A stretch of 10,834 nucleotides of DNA from Promethearchaeota archaeon (GTDB taxonomy: Archaea > Asgardarchaeota > Thorarchaeia > Thorarchaeales > Thorarchaeaceae). The notes under the pieces are model-generated. The model was not told the DNA's origin. It worked only from the letters and a program-made list of their open reading frames with translations, and made no database searches. Positions 1-7,344 of the stretch are shown here, piece after piece. The translations under genes and the position numbers were made by a program. Every line of letters begins with the position of its first letter. Positions within the stretch are counted from its first letter, which is position 1. The stretch is taken from the NCBI GenBank assembly GCA_048939765.1, contig JBHLPF010000009.1, positions 73,690-84,523 of the forward strand, written 5' to 3'.

Positions 1-869
1 AGCATCTGACAGAAGAAGATGAGGGGGATTGTGACAGGATTCACTGTGTATAGATTGATGTAGTAGTCCCTAGATACTTGAGGGAGTCCGCCTGCGCGCA
101 ATACGATGGACGTATTGTAGAGCAGTATTCCAACCACTGTGAAGACTGAATACACCATCGTCAAAGCCAGACCTGCAATGAGTTTCGCGACAAGAATCCT
201 GACTCGACTCATTGGTACAACTAGCAGGGCCTCAAGGGTATGTTTCTCTCTCTCACCAGCAAAGGACTGACCAATATAGGGAGACGGAGCCATCACTGAG
301 ACAATCATGACAAGGAAGACTGCAAGTGAGTGTCCGTATGTGGCTTCAGGGGATATCGTATACCAGTTCACCTTGAGGTCCCGAGTGATTATGACGATCT
401 CATCCCGTGCGAACCTATCTATCCTATTGCCAGCTGCAGTGGCTCTGAAGTTGCCCGTGTTAACCCATATCACTAGCGTACTGACATTGTTATGCTCCAA
501 CTCTTGCGTGAAGTTTGAAGGTATTCGCACCCACACAGACAGATTTCTACTAGCGACCATCTCATCACCCTGTACCTTGGTAATATTCACCAGCTCGGTA
601 ATCAGCAACTCATTCATGTTGCTCTCAATGGCATCGTACAGGTTCTGTCCCAAAACTCCCTCGTCTTCTAGCGTAATGAAGACACGAGATGGTTCTGATG
701 TGGTCTGACCCACAACAAAGGAGAGGAATGAGCCTTCAAAAGCCCAAGCGAAGACTGGACTGATTATTAGTCCAAAGATCAGCCAGCGTGATCGAAATAG
801 TGACTTCAGTTCCTTCTTGATGAGATACTTCATCTTCCTGTCTGGCGTAAGCTTACGAAGTATGCTCAT
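1..869 (-). CDS. ABC-2 type exporter permease (NatB/YhgE-like); 3' end runs off the window
   Basis: Not in the ORF track; translated by hand. The ATG (869-867) overlaps the ATPase stop as ATGA, and the frame is open to position 1. It reads MSILRKLTPDRKMKYLIKKELKSLFRSRWLIFGLIISPVFAW (TM1), then an extracytoplasmic domain, then the ABC-2/NatB motif SFAGEREKHTLEALLVVPMSRVRILVAKL followed by hydrophobic helices. Confidence 0.92.
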   Translation of the reverse strand, partial: MSILRKLTPDRKMKYLIKKELKSLFRSRWLIFGLIISPVFAWAFEGSFLSFVVGQTTSEPSRVFITLEDEGVLGQNLYDAIESNMNELLITELVNITKVQGDEMVASRNLSVWVRIPSNFTQELEHNNVSTLVIWVNTGNFRATAAGNRIDRFARDEIVIITRDLKVNWYTISPEATYGHSLAVFLVMIVSVMAPSPYIGQSFAGEREKHTLEALLVVPMSRVRILVAKLIAGLALTMVYSVFTVVGILLYNTSIVLRAGGLPQVSRDYYINLYTVNPVTIPLIFFCQM

Positions 870-1630
870 TGCTCATACACCCCCTCGCCGGTGAAGAGAC
901 CTACAAAGACCTCTTCCAGGTTGGCTGCCTTGAACTGGTCTTCAATCTCGCTTGGCTTGCCTACTGCCACGAGATTCCCCTCATTAAGTATTCCAACTCG
1001 GTCACAGAGCTGCTGCACTTCGTTTAGGTCATGGGTTGTCAGGATGATGGTCCTGTTCTCTTCTGAACTCAGCTTCTTCAGGAGATTTCGAACGACCCTT
1101 GCACCAATCGTATCCACGCCCGTTGTGGGCTCGTCGAGAAACACTATCTCAGGTTCACTGACTAGTGACCTGGCCACCAAGACCTTCCGCTTCATACCTC
1201 CGCTGAACCCCTTTACCTGATAGTCCTCCTTCTCTCGGAGTCCCACTATGTCGAGCAATCTGTCGGCTCGCTTCTGAAGTTCCTCTTCCGGTATGCCGTA
1301 CATGCCGCCGTAGTAGACTATGTTCTCTCTGGCTGTGAGTCGTTCATAGATTCCTGCTTCTTGGGGAAGAAGCGCAACTCTCTCCCGTATATAGTCAACC
1401 TCTTCAGTCACCTCACGGCCCAACACATATGCCTTACCTGCCGTAGGTGTCAAGAGACCCACAAGCACACGAATCAGAGTCGTCTTCCCCGCACCGTTGG
1501 GTCCCAGCAGCCCGATGACCTCACCCCGTCTTACGTCAATATTGACTTCGTTGAGGGCGACAACTTCTCGCTTCTTGCCCTGCTCGAATATCTTTGTGAG
1601 TCCTTCAGTGCGGATGACTGTTTCGTTCAT
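866..1630 (-). CDS. ABC transporter ATP-binding subunit (NatA/CcmA-like, ABC-2 exporter family)
   Basis: Walker A GPNGAGKTT, Q-loop LPQE, signature FSGGMKRK, Walker B VFLDEPT, H-loop TTHD and the C-terminal LEEVF motif. AGGGAG lies upstream, and the gene is translationally coupled to the permease. Confidence 0.96.
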   Translation of the reverse strand: MNETVIRTEGLTKIFEQGKKREVVALNEVNIDVRRGEVIGLLGPNGAGKTTLIRVLVGLLTPTAGKAYVLGREVTEEVDYIRERVALLPQEAGIYERLTARENIVYYGGMYGIPEEELQKRADRLLDIVGLREKEDYQVKGFSGGMKRKVLVARSLVSEPEIVFLDEPTTGVDTIGARVVRNLLKKLSSEENRTIILTTHDLNEVQQLCDRVGILNEGNLVAVGKPSEIEDQFKAANLEEVFVGLFTGEGVYEQ

Positions 1631-1663
1631 TGATTCAGTACTCCCTATTGCGGTCGATGTTGT

Positions 1664-2431
1664 CTACTTCACATGGGCTACATGCGGAAATGGCGGTTCG
1701 CCTTTGATGTCCTTGAGGAAATCGTAGGCCTGTCGGACATTCTCATCTTCACCTGATATATAGAGCGTTATGGCCCCTTCGCCACCATTTATTCCACCTG
1801 CGGCAATAGGCATTACGGACACGTCAAAAAGTGTCCCAAGCGCCTCGATCTCAGTGAATGTGATTGCACCAGGGATTGATATCGCTCCCACAGGGGTGCC
1901 AATTGCGTAGTCCCAGTCGTCCATCCCAAATTCTGAGCAGAACTCATCGTAGCTTGTTGGAATGCACTTCTCAAGACCCACAGGTGCAATCACTGTTATG
2001 TTTCTGGCCATTGCAGGACCAATGAAGGAGCCCACTGTCCCACCGGTTCTACTCGCTAGTAAGACAATCGGCGTATAGTCCGAGCCAATGGCATTTGCGC
2101 TCTTGATAATCACATCGCCGGGGCCCATCTGACCCAGGACGTCGATTACTTTTTTCCCCTCAATGCGCTCGCCCTTGAGAAAGATAGCGTCAGGAAACCG
2201 TTTCTCACCTTCAGTGACTGCCAGACCCTTTGCAACAGTCAGTCCTGCGATATGTCTGGTCTTGTCGTACTCGCCCAGTATCTCTTCAACGAGGTATGCA
2301 GAGGTAGTGCCCATAGTTATGCAGAGATAGCCGTTCTTCCAAGCCTGTTTTACAGCTTCGGTTTCCAGTAGTCCCTTTGCAATGAGTCTCTTGCTCTCTG
2401 CTACCGTAAGCGTGACAAGAAGCTTCTTCAT
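1664..2431 (-). CDS. Conserved hypothetical protein, probable ISOCOT (NagB/RpiA/CoA-transferase/eIF2B-like) fold
   Basis: 255 aa with globular composition and a 33-nt gap to the ABC ATPase gene. Motifs LTVAESKRLIAKG, ITMGTTSAYLVEEI, DVIIKSANAI..GGTVG..APVGLEK and PIAAGGINGGEG resemble an uncharacterised family I recall from anaerobes. The fold call rests on motif resemblance only. Confidence 0.8.
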   Translation of the reverse strand: MKKLLVTLTVAESKRLIAKGLLETEAVKQAWKNGYLCITMGTTSAYLVEEILGEYDKTRHIAGLTVAKGLAVTEGEKRFPDAIFLKGERIEGKKVIDVLGQMGPGDVIIKSANAIGSDYTPIVLLASRTGGTVGSFIGPAMARNITVIAPVGLEKCIPTSYDEFCSEFGMDDWDYAIGTPVGAISIPGAITFTEIEALGTLFDVSVMPIAAGGINGGEGAITLYISGEDENVRQAYDFLKDIKGEPPFPHVAHVK

Positions 2432-2463
2432 CTCAAATCATCTCTTTTTGTCAATGCCCCCTG

Positions 2464-2469
2464 ATTAAA
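2464..2469 (-). promoter_or_regulatory. Putative archaeal TATA box (TTTAAT) for the hypothetical/ABC operon
   Basis: Minus strand reads GAACCAAAGTG-TTTAAT about 33-38 nt upstream of the ATG at 2431. A purine-rich BRE-like stretch precedes it, and an SD-like GAGATGA lies 6 nt before the ATG. Confidence 0.4.
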
Positions 2470-2489
2470 CACTTTGGTTCGCTTTGAAG

Positions 2490-3791
2490 CTAGATACTAA
2501 GACCAACATATTTCCTGACACGGCTCTCGAATTCCAGTGCGACTCCTGGAGGGTCAACCAACACTATCCCGCTCAAATCCTTCTCCTCCAGCTCCTTCAG
2601 AAGTAAATCGTGTGCTGCTCCCAGTACAATGATGTCACAGGACTGTAGAACCTCGTCAATAGAATCGACCTTTCTATCACCAACCTTCTGCTCAACTAGT
2701 GGATCATAGACAACCACCTCGATTCCTGTTGACCAGAGGAGATTGATGAGATCCAGTGACGGACTGTTTCTCGTGTCTGATACATTTGGCTTGAAGCTCA
2801 CTCCCAGAATCCCAACGGTAGATTTCAGCGAGAGGTCCAGAACCAGGTCCCGAATTCTTTTTGACACATGAGCCGGCATTGAGTCATTGACTTGCCGAGC
2901 TGCAGGTATAAGAACCCCCTCACCGTTGAGCGAACGCACGGATTCAACAAGAATCCATCCATCTTTCGGCAGACAGTAACCTCCAACGCCGAGAGATGGA
3001 TTAAGGATATCGACTCGCGGATGCAGATTCGCCAGTTCGATGACTTCCCTGACATCTATCGACAGTGCTGTGCAGAGCTTTGCTAGTTCATTTGCATAGG
3101 CAATCCCTACATCTCTGAACGCATTCTCAGCCAATTTCGCGGCTTCCGAAACCCTCACGTTCGTAGGATGAATCAGTTCTGGTCTGAAGACAGTCTTGAG
3201 AAATGCAACAGCAAGAGATGTGGATAAATCAGATATTCCTCCTGCTAGACGGTGATTTGTGTCCATCTCCTCTATGACTTGACCAGGAAACACCCTCTCA
3301 GGACAATGCGCGAACCAGAGGTCCTCATCCAGAACCTTTCCACTTGTTTCAGCAAATAGCCTCGACAGACGTTCCGTCGTGCCAACAGGTACTGTACTCT
3401 CTACAATAACAAGGCAATCGCCGGTGACTTTGGATGCTATATCTGCAACCGAATTCTCAAGGTACCTTGTGACAGGTTTGTTATTCTCATCTATGGGACT
3501 GGGTAGACAAAGTACAAAGACATCGGTATCTGCGATGTTATCGTAGGAAGTGTCTAAGACAACATCTGAAAGATGTTTGTCAGCAATCTGCTGAAGGCCA
3601 TCTTCCTTCATTCGAATTTTCCCCGCTCTAAGCTCAGTCACTAGCTCCTCATTCGTGTCTATGCCGGTTATAGCAAGCCCGTTCTTCTTATAGAAGAGAG
3701 CAGTAGGAAGTCCGATATAGCCAAGTCCCACTATCGTGACTTTCGCTTCCTTACTCTCAATTTTGCTCAGGAGCTTCTTGTGCCCGCTCAA
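2490..3791 (-). CDS. wecC: UDP-N-acetyl-D-mannosamine/glucosamine 6-dehydrogenase (WecC/WbpA-type nucleotide-sugar dehydrogenase)
   Basis: Rossmann motif VGLGYIGLP, plus ESTVPVGTT, HCPERVFPG, AAKLAENAFRD..IAYANE, the catalytic Cys in GVGGYCLPKD, and GVSFKPNVSDTRNSPS. I reassigned the start to TTG at 3791 (433 aa) because GGAGG (3805-3801) sits 9 nt upstream. The ORF-track start at 3938 overlaps the divergent gene and adds 49 non-homologous residues. The exact sugar substrate is uncertain. Confidence 0.88.
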   Translation of the reverse strand: MSGHKKLLSKIESKEAKVTIVGLGYIGLPTALFYKKNGLAITGIDTNEELVTELRAGKIRMKEDGLQQIADKHLSDVVLDTSYDNIADTDVFVLCLPSPIDENNKPVTRYLENSVADIASKVTGDCLVIVESTVPVGTTERLSRLFAETSGKVLDEDLWFAHCPERVFPGQVIEEMDTNHRLAGGISDLSTSLAVAFLKTVFRPELIHPTNVRVSEAAKLAENAFRDVGIAYANELAKLCTALSIDVREVIELANLHPRVDILNPSLGVGGYCLPKDGWILVESVRSLNGEGVLIPAARQVNDSMPAHVSKRIRDLVLDLSLKSTVGILGVSFKPNVSDTRNSPSLDLINLLWSTGIEVVVYDPLVEQKVGDRKVDSIDEVLQSCDIIVLGAAHDLLLKELEEKDLSGIVLVDPPGVALEFESRVRKYVGLSI

Positions 3792-3800
3792 TTGGTTTCG

Positions 3801-3805
3801 CCTCC
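3801..3805 (-). promoter_or_regulatory. Shine-Dalgarno GGAGG for the wecC-like gene (TTG start at 3791)
   Basis: Minus strand reads AGAGT-GGAGG-CGAAACCAA-TTG AGC GGG CAC. Confidence 0.7.
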
Positions 3806-3835
3806 ACTCTGCATCCAAGGCATCAGTCCATGTCC

Positions 3836-3841
3836 TTAAAA
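3836..3841. promoter_or_regulatory. Putative TATA element in the 109-nt divergent spacer (TTTTAA on minus, TTAAAA on plus)
   Basis: It is the clearest A/T box between the divergent starts at 3791 and 3901, about 45 nt upstream of the TTG. That spacing fits a short SD-containing leader. Confidence 0.4.
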
Positions 3842-3900
3842 GTTGCTCATGGAAGAAGAACTGAGTTGGTAGTTCCATATTCCTGACGGCGGTTTGAAAC

Positions 3901-4863
3901 ATGCTGAATCTTAAGGGCGATGAAATTGAAGAACTCATTCGTAGAGCGATTACCTATAGTCCACCAAAATGGATACCTAAGGACGACGACACTAGACGCT
4001 TGGAGGTTCTCGGTTACGCATTTCAAAATGGTCCTTCGCTGGAAGCGAAGGCCATCCAAGTTGCAGCAGGACGCCTGGGATGCAGAACTGCGGATCTGAG
4101 CTGGGATGATGCTCAGAGAATGTCCACTGAATCACTTCAGAGAGATTTCAATATGTTCAGTAAAGCGGTCGATGTACTCCTGACTGCTTTTGTCGATATG
4201 GATACGTTTGGTGCTGGTCGCCGTGTAGTAGAGCAGCTCGGCACTGTTTCACGAGTTCCACTTGTCAACCTCTCAGATGACATCTATGCCACACAATCTG
4301 CTCTTGCCGTGGCGTCCGCATTATGGGAGCGTCTAGGAGGGCTAGAAGGGAAGAACATCGCGATTTCCTGGGGATTCGGATCAACTCATGCGCTGCCTTC
4401 CACCGCTCACAGCCTGTGCTTAATTGGGGCATCTCTGGGAGCACATATCAGAGTGGTTTCTCCAAGTGACTTTTCTCTTTTGAATCGAGTCCTTCGTAAC
4501 ACTAGAGATCGGGCCAAGACTGCTGGTGGAACCCTCGAAGAGCACCATGATTTCAATTCCTTTGAGGATGTAGACGCAGTATATGCGATGAACTGGTGTC
4601 GATTAGATGACTTCAATCGGCCTGAGAGGAACTCTGAATACGCGTCCAAATACCGAGACTGGCATTTCACTAAGGATGAATTGCCCAAGAGAGCACTTTT
4701 TGTCACACGCCCGCCTATCCAGACAGAGCTTCTTGCAGGCCGCAGGTTGATAGAGAGTGAGAATAATCTCACTCCTGATTTGTTTGCTTATACCGTGCAA
4801 GCACTTCTGGCATCTATCTCATTTGTAATAGACGAGAAAACGAAGCATTCTGTATTGCTCTAG
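3901..4863 (+). CDS. Aspartate/ornithine carbamoyltransferase-fold protein, closest in layout to knotted YgeW/ArgF'-type transcarbamylases; catalytic motifs degenerate (probable pseudoenzyme)
   Basis: Scaffold segments are collinear with the OTCase family: EIEELIRRA, VAAGRLG, VPLVNLSDD, GLEGKNIAISWG, LGAHIRVVSPSDF, FEDVDAVYAMNW and KYRDW. The STRT, HPxQ, HCLP and ENR motifs are all substituted. Confidence 0.82.
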   Translation: MLNLKGDEIEELIRRAITYSPPKWIPKDDDTRRLEVLGYAFQNGPSLEAKAIQVAAGRLGCRTADLSWDDAQRMSTESLQRDFNMFSKAVDVLLTAFVDMDTFGAGRRVVEQLGTVSRVPLVNLSDDIYATQSALAVASALWERLGGLEGKNIAISWGFGSTHALPSTAHSLCLIGASLGAHIRVVSPSDFSLLNRVLRNTRDRAKTAGGTLEEHHDFNSFEDVDAVYAMNWCRLDDFNRPERNSEYASKYRDWHFTKDELPKRALFVTRPPIQTELLAGRRLIESENNLTPDLFAYTVQALLASISFVIDEKTKHSVLL

Positions 4864-4890
4864 ATTCAGTCACCATGAAATCAACATACA

Positions 4891-4896
4891 TTTTAT
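4891..4896 (+). promoter_or_regulatory. Putative TATA box (TTTTAT) for a leaderless or near-leaderless radical SAM transcript
   Basis: TTTTATCA lies about 28-33 nt upstream of the ATG at 4924, and there is no convincing SD before the ATG. Confidence 0.45.
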
Positions 4897-4923
4897 CATG
4901 AGTCGCTATTATGCTCTAGGACC

Positions 4924-6027
4924 ATGTGGAAGATTTATCGACCCGACTCTATTCGGGTTTGGAAAGACGCAGAGGTAGTGCGTCGACTAAGAAGATACAG
5001 GTATATCATAGACCAAGAGCGATATGCCAAGTTCCTTCTGACAAGAGATGTCATCACCACTCTGCCACTTGACTCTCCCCTGGACGAGCTCTGGAAGGAG
5101 CATGAGGCACTTTCAACCAAGCACTCTGAATACGTGCAACAGGTTGATTCTGGCGGAGAGCGTAGTGTTGAAGTTCTGCAGACAGAGCATTCGTTTCTTG
5201 ACCTCAAGATCGAACTTGCAAACCGAATTCTTCAGGACTGCCATTTCTGTGAGCGGAAATGTGGAGCGGATCGAACCATGGATGACAAGGGTTGGTGCAA
5301 GCTAGGCAGTGAGTCCCGGGTTTCATCTGCGTTCCTCCATTCCGGTGAGGAAGCACCTTTGGTTCCCAGTGGCACTATATTCTTCGCATCTTGCTGCTTC
5401 GGGTGTGTCTTCTGCCAAAACGAAGATATCTCCACGAATCCAAACTCGGGTCAAGTCATAACCACGAAAGAACTAGCAATCCTTGCTGATACGTTGTTCA
5501 GAGATGGAGCTCTGAACATCAATTACGTCGGCGGAGACCCAATACCCAATACTCATACAATACTAGGCTCAATGGAACATCAGGTATCCAATGTAACTCA
5601 ACTATGGAACTCCAACCTCTACTGTTCCGAGGAGACTATGAGGCTACTTACGGATGTAATTGATGTCTGGCTACCTGACTTCAAGTATGGCAATGATGAA
5701 TGTGCAGAGAGACTATCTGGTGTCAAGAATTACTTCGATGTGGTTTCACGTAATCATTCAATGGCCTATCAGCATGGAGAGGTGATAGTCAGGCATCTTG
5801 TAATGCCTAACCACATTGAGTGCTGCACATTTCCCATCCTCGAATGGATTGCTGAGAATTTGCCCAACTGTATGGTGAATATCATGGGTCAGTATCGACC
5901 TGAGCACAGAGTTCGGAGAGAGCGAGATAAATTCCCCGAGATATCGCGAAGAGTCAGTCGAGAGGAGATACAGCTTGCTCAGGCTAAAGCGGATGCTCTT
6001 GGTATCTGCTGGAGACCAGTGAGCTAG
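4924..6027 (+). CDS. pflX: Radical SAM protein, PflX-like (COG1313; often labelled 'pyruvate formate-lyase activating enzyme-like'), function unknown
   Basis: N-terminal Cys cluster CHFCERKCGADR..GWC, then HSGEEAPLVPSGTIFF, the radical SAM CxxxCxxC motif (CCFGCVFCQN), NINYVGGDP, WLPDFKYGND, VRHLVMPNHIECCT and VNIMGQYRP. It carries the N-terminal extension MWKIYRPD...AKFL that I associate with archaeal homologues. Confidence 0.9.
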   Translation: MWKIYRPDSIRVWKDAEVVRRLRRYRYIIDQERYAKFLLTRDVITTLPLDSPLDELWKEHEALSTKHSEYVQQVDSGGERSVEVLQTEHSFLDLKIELANRILQDCHFCERKCGADRTMDDKGWCKLGSESRVSSAFLHSGEEAPLVPSGTIFFASCCFGCVFCQNEDISTNPNSGQVITTKELAILADTLFRDGALNINYVGGDPIPNTHTILGSMEHQVSNVTQLWNSNLYCSEETMRLLTDVIDVWLPDFKYGNDECAERLSGVKNYFDVVSRNHSMAYQHGEVIVRHLVMPNHIECCTFPILEWIAENLPNCMVNIMGQYRPEHRVRRERDKFPEISRRVSREEIQLAQAKADALGICWRPVS

Positions 6028-6082
6028 GAATCCATGCGTCATGTCATAAGATTCTAAAGAATTGTCTTTGTTCACTTCTAAC

Positions 6083-6313
6083 ATGTGTCTTGCATTTCCT
6101 GGCTTGGTTGAGAGCATCGATGAGGACTATGCAGAAGTAGACTTTGGAGGTGTTCGAAAGAGGGTATGCATCACGCTGCTTCCAGGACTGAAGACTGGCG
6201 AATATGTCATTGTCCATACTGGCTATGCCATTGAGCGATTGAAACCGGAAGAGGCCAAGAAGCGTATTGAACTGTGGGAAGAGATGGCTCAGATGGCTGA
6301 CGAAACTGAATAG
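6083..6313 (+). CDS. hypC: [NiFe]-hydrogenase maturation chaperone HypC/HupF/HybG
   Basis: MCLAFPG N-terminus with the essential Cys2, AEVDFGGVRKRV, GEYVIVHTGYAI with the conserved His, and a C-terminal helix EEAKKRIELWEE. The true start is ATG 6083 (76 aa), not TTG 6062, because Cys must become N-terminal after Met removal. Confidence 0.95.
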   Translation: MCLAFPGLVESIDEDYAEVDFGGVRKRVCITLLPGLKTGEYVIVHTGYAIERLKPEEAKKRIELWEEMAQMADETE

Positions 6314-6314
6314 A

Positions 6315-6375
6315 GTGCGCATTCGAACCTTCAGAAAATGCTATCAGGTCATTCACTGATGGCCCGTTCGAGCAC
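6315..6375 (+). other. Nested inverted repeats / predicted stem-loop filling the hypC-nucleotidyltransferase spacer
   Basis: GTGC(6315-18) pairs with GCAC(6372-75), TCGAAC(6323-28) with GTTCGA(6366-71), and GCTATCAG(6340-47) with CTGATGGC(6356-63, one G-U pair) around an 8-nt loop. Confidence 0.5.
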
Positions 6376-6377
6376 AA

Positions 6378-7235
6378 ATGACAGACACGCTTGAATCAAT
6401 TATGGCAGAGCTGAAGTCTCGTATCAACACTGAGGACACAGTCACAAAGATCTCTCAGGGAGAGATTGAGGCTCTAATTCCCAATACAGTCGTTGTCATG
6501 CCTGCCGGAGGGAAGGGGACCAGAATACGTGCGGAAACCCAGAGCGAGGGCATCAATAAGGTGATGATCAGTATTGATGGATTGGAGAGCATGATTGAGA
6601 AGGCAATCGGTGATTATGCCTCTATTGGCATTTCCAAGTTTGTTGTGCTTACGGGTTTTCTCTCCGACAAGGTGGAAGAGCATCTTGGAGATGGTGCTAG
6701 GTGGGGTGTTGAGATTCTCTACTCGCAGGATCCCGAAGGACAAAAGGTTGGAAATGCAGGAGCCATTCTACATGCCCTCAATAACGGCACAATCGATGAT
6801 TCATTGACTGCCATTGTACACAATCCTGATGACATGATCATTGGACTACCCCGTCCTTATGGTGAAGTGTTTCTTGAAGGGCATCTGAAGGGCAAGAAGA
6901 ACGGCTGTGTCAGTACTTTCGTGGTTGTTCCTGAAACACCCTTCCAGTACTCGGGGATGATTATCAACAATGGTAAAGTGTCTGACATCACGAAGTATCC
7001 TCCAATAGCAATACCCGCACATACCGGCATTACTCTCTTTGATCCTGAGGCATATGACTACTTTAGGCGACTTATTTCACTTGACAGAGAGTCATCCTTC
7101 GAGAATATCATCAGTCCGGTGCTAGCAAGGGAAGGAAGACTCTACGCTGTAAGCATACCATCTGAGAATTGGATACCTGTCAATGATCTGAAAGGAATTG
7201 AAATGGCCAAGTCGGCAATGAAGAATTCCAATTGA
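6378..7235 (+). CDS. Sugar-1-phosphate nucleotidyltransferase (NTP_transferase family, GDP-mannose pyrophosphorylase-like), single domain
   Basis: VVVMPAGGKGTRIR..INKVMISI (GxGTR-x-K signature), VEEHLGDGARWGVEILYSQD, GNAGAI and HNPDD. There is no C-terminal left-handed beta-helix. Nucleotide and sugar specificity cannot be determined from sequence. Confidence 0.9.
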   Translation: MTDTLESIMAELKSRINTEDTVTKISQGEIEALIPNTVVVMPAGGKGTRIRAETQSEGINKVMISIDGLESMIEKAIGDYASIGISKFVVLTGFLSDKVEEHLGDGARWGVEILYSQDPEGQKVGNAGAILHALNNGTIDDSLTAIVHNPDDMIIGLPRPYGEVFLEGHLKGKKNGCVSTFVVVPETPFQYSGMIINNGKVSDITKYPPIAIPAHTGITLFDPEAYDYFRRLISLDRESSFENIISPVLAREGRLYAVSIPSENWIPVNDLKGIEMAKSAMKNSN

Positions 7236-7344
7236 TTTATCAGCACCAGTTCTCTCCATCAGCATTCCAGAACCTTCATAATACCAAATACAATTAGAGT
7301 ATCTATCGGGTGCGGATCGTTTCTCTTGAGGGGCGCTTTCATCC

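Noticed and set aside
307-708. 133-aa plus-strand ORF
   Set aside because: It is an antisense shadow of the ABC permease, which has clear family motifs on the minus strand.
3849-3872. Short upstream ORF MEEELSW* before the transcarbamylase-like gene (possible leader peptide or frameshifted N-terminus)
   Set aside because: Seven codons is expected by chance. It has no amino-acid enrichment or attenuator structure, and the downstream protein is already near full family length.
3792-3938. 49-residue N-terminal extension of the dehydrogenase and apparent head-to-head overlap with the gene at 3901
   Set aside because: This is an artefact of longest-ORF calling. The SD-supported TTG at 3791 gives a normal-length protein and removes the overlap.
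4924-6027. Literal annotation as pyruvate formate-lyase activating enzyme
   Set aside because: The motifs match the PflX/COG1313 group rather than PflA, and no glycyl-radical enzyme gene lies in the window.
6028-6069. Short inverted repeats GAATC/GATTC and AAAGA/TCTTT after the radical SAM gene
   Set aside because: These are five-bp AT-rich stems, too weak to distinguish from chance or to call a terminator.
6062-6082. N-terminal extension of HypC (MSLFTSN)
   Set aside because: HypC needs Cys at position 2, and ATG 6083 gives the canonical MCLAxP start.
6315-6375. Spacer hairpin interpreted as a SECIS element or tRNA fragment (it contains GTTCGA)
   Set aside because: The flanking genes have no in-frame TGA, the AUGA/GA core is not correctly placed, and no cloverleaf can be formed.
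7239-7264. Direct repeat ATCAGCA x2 in the nucleotidyltransferase-GT2 spacer
   Set aside because: There are only two 7-nt copies, which is not an array, and there is no supporting context.
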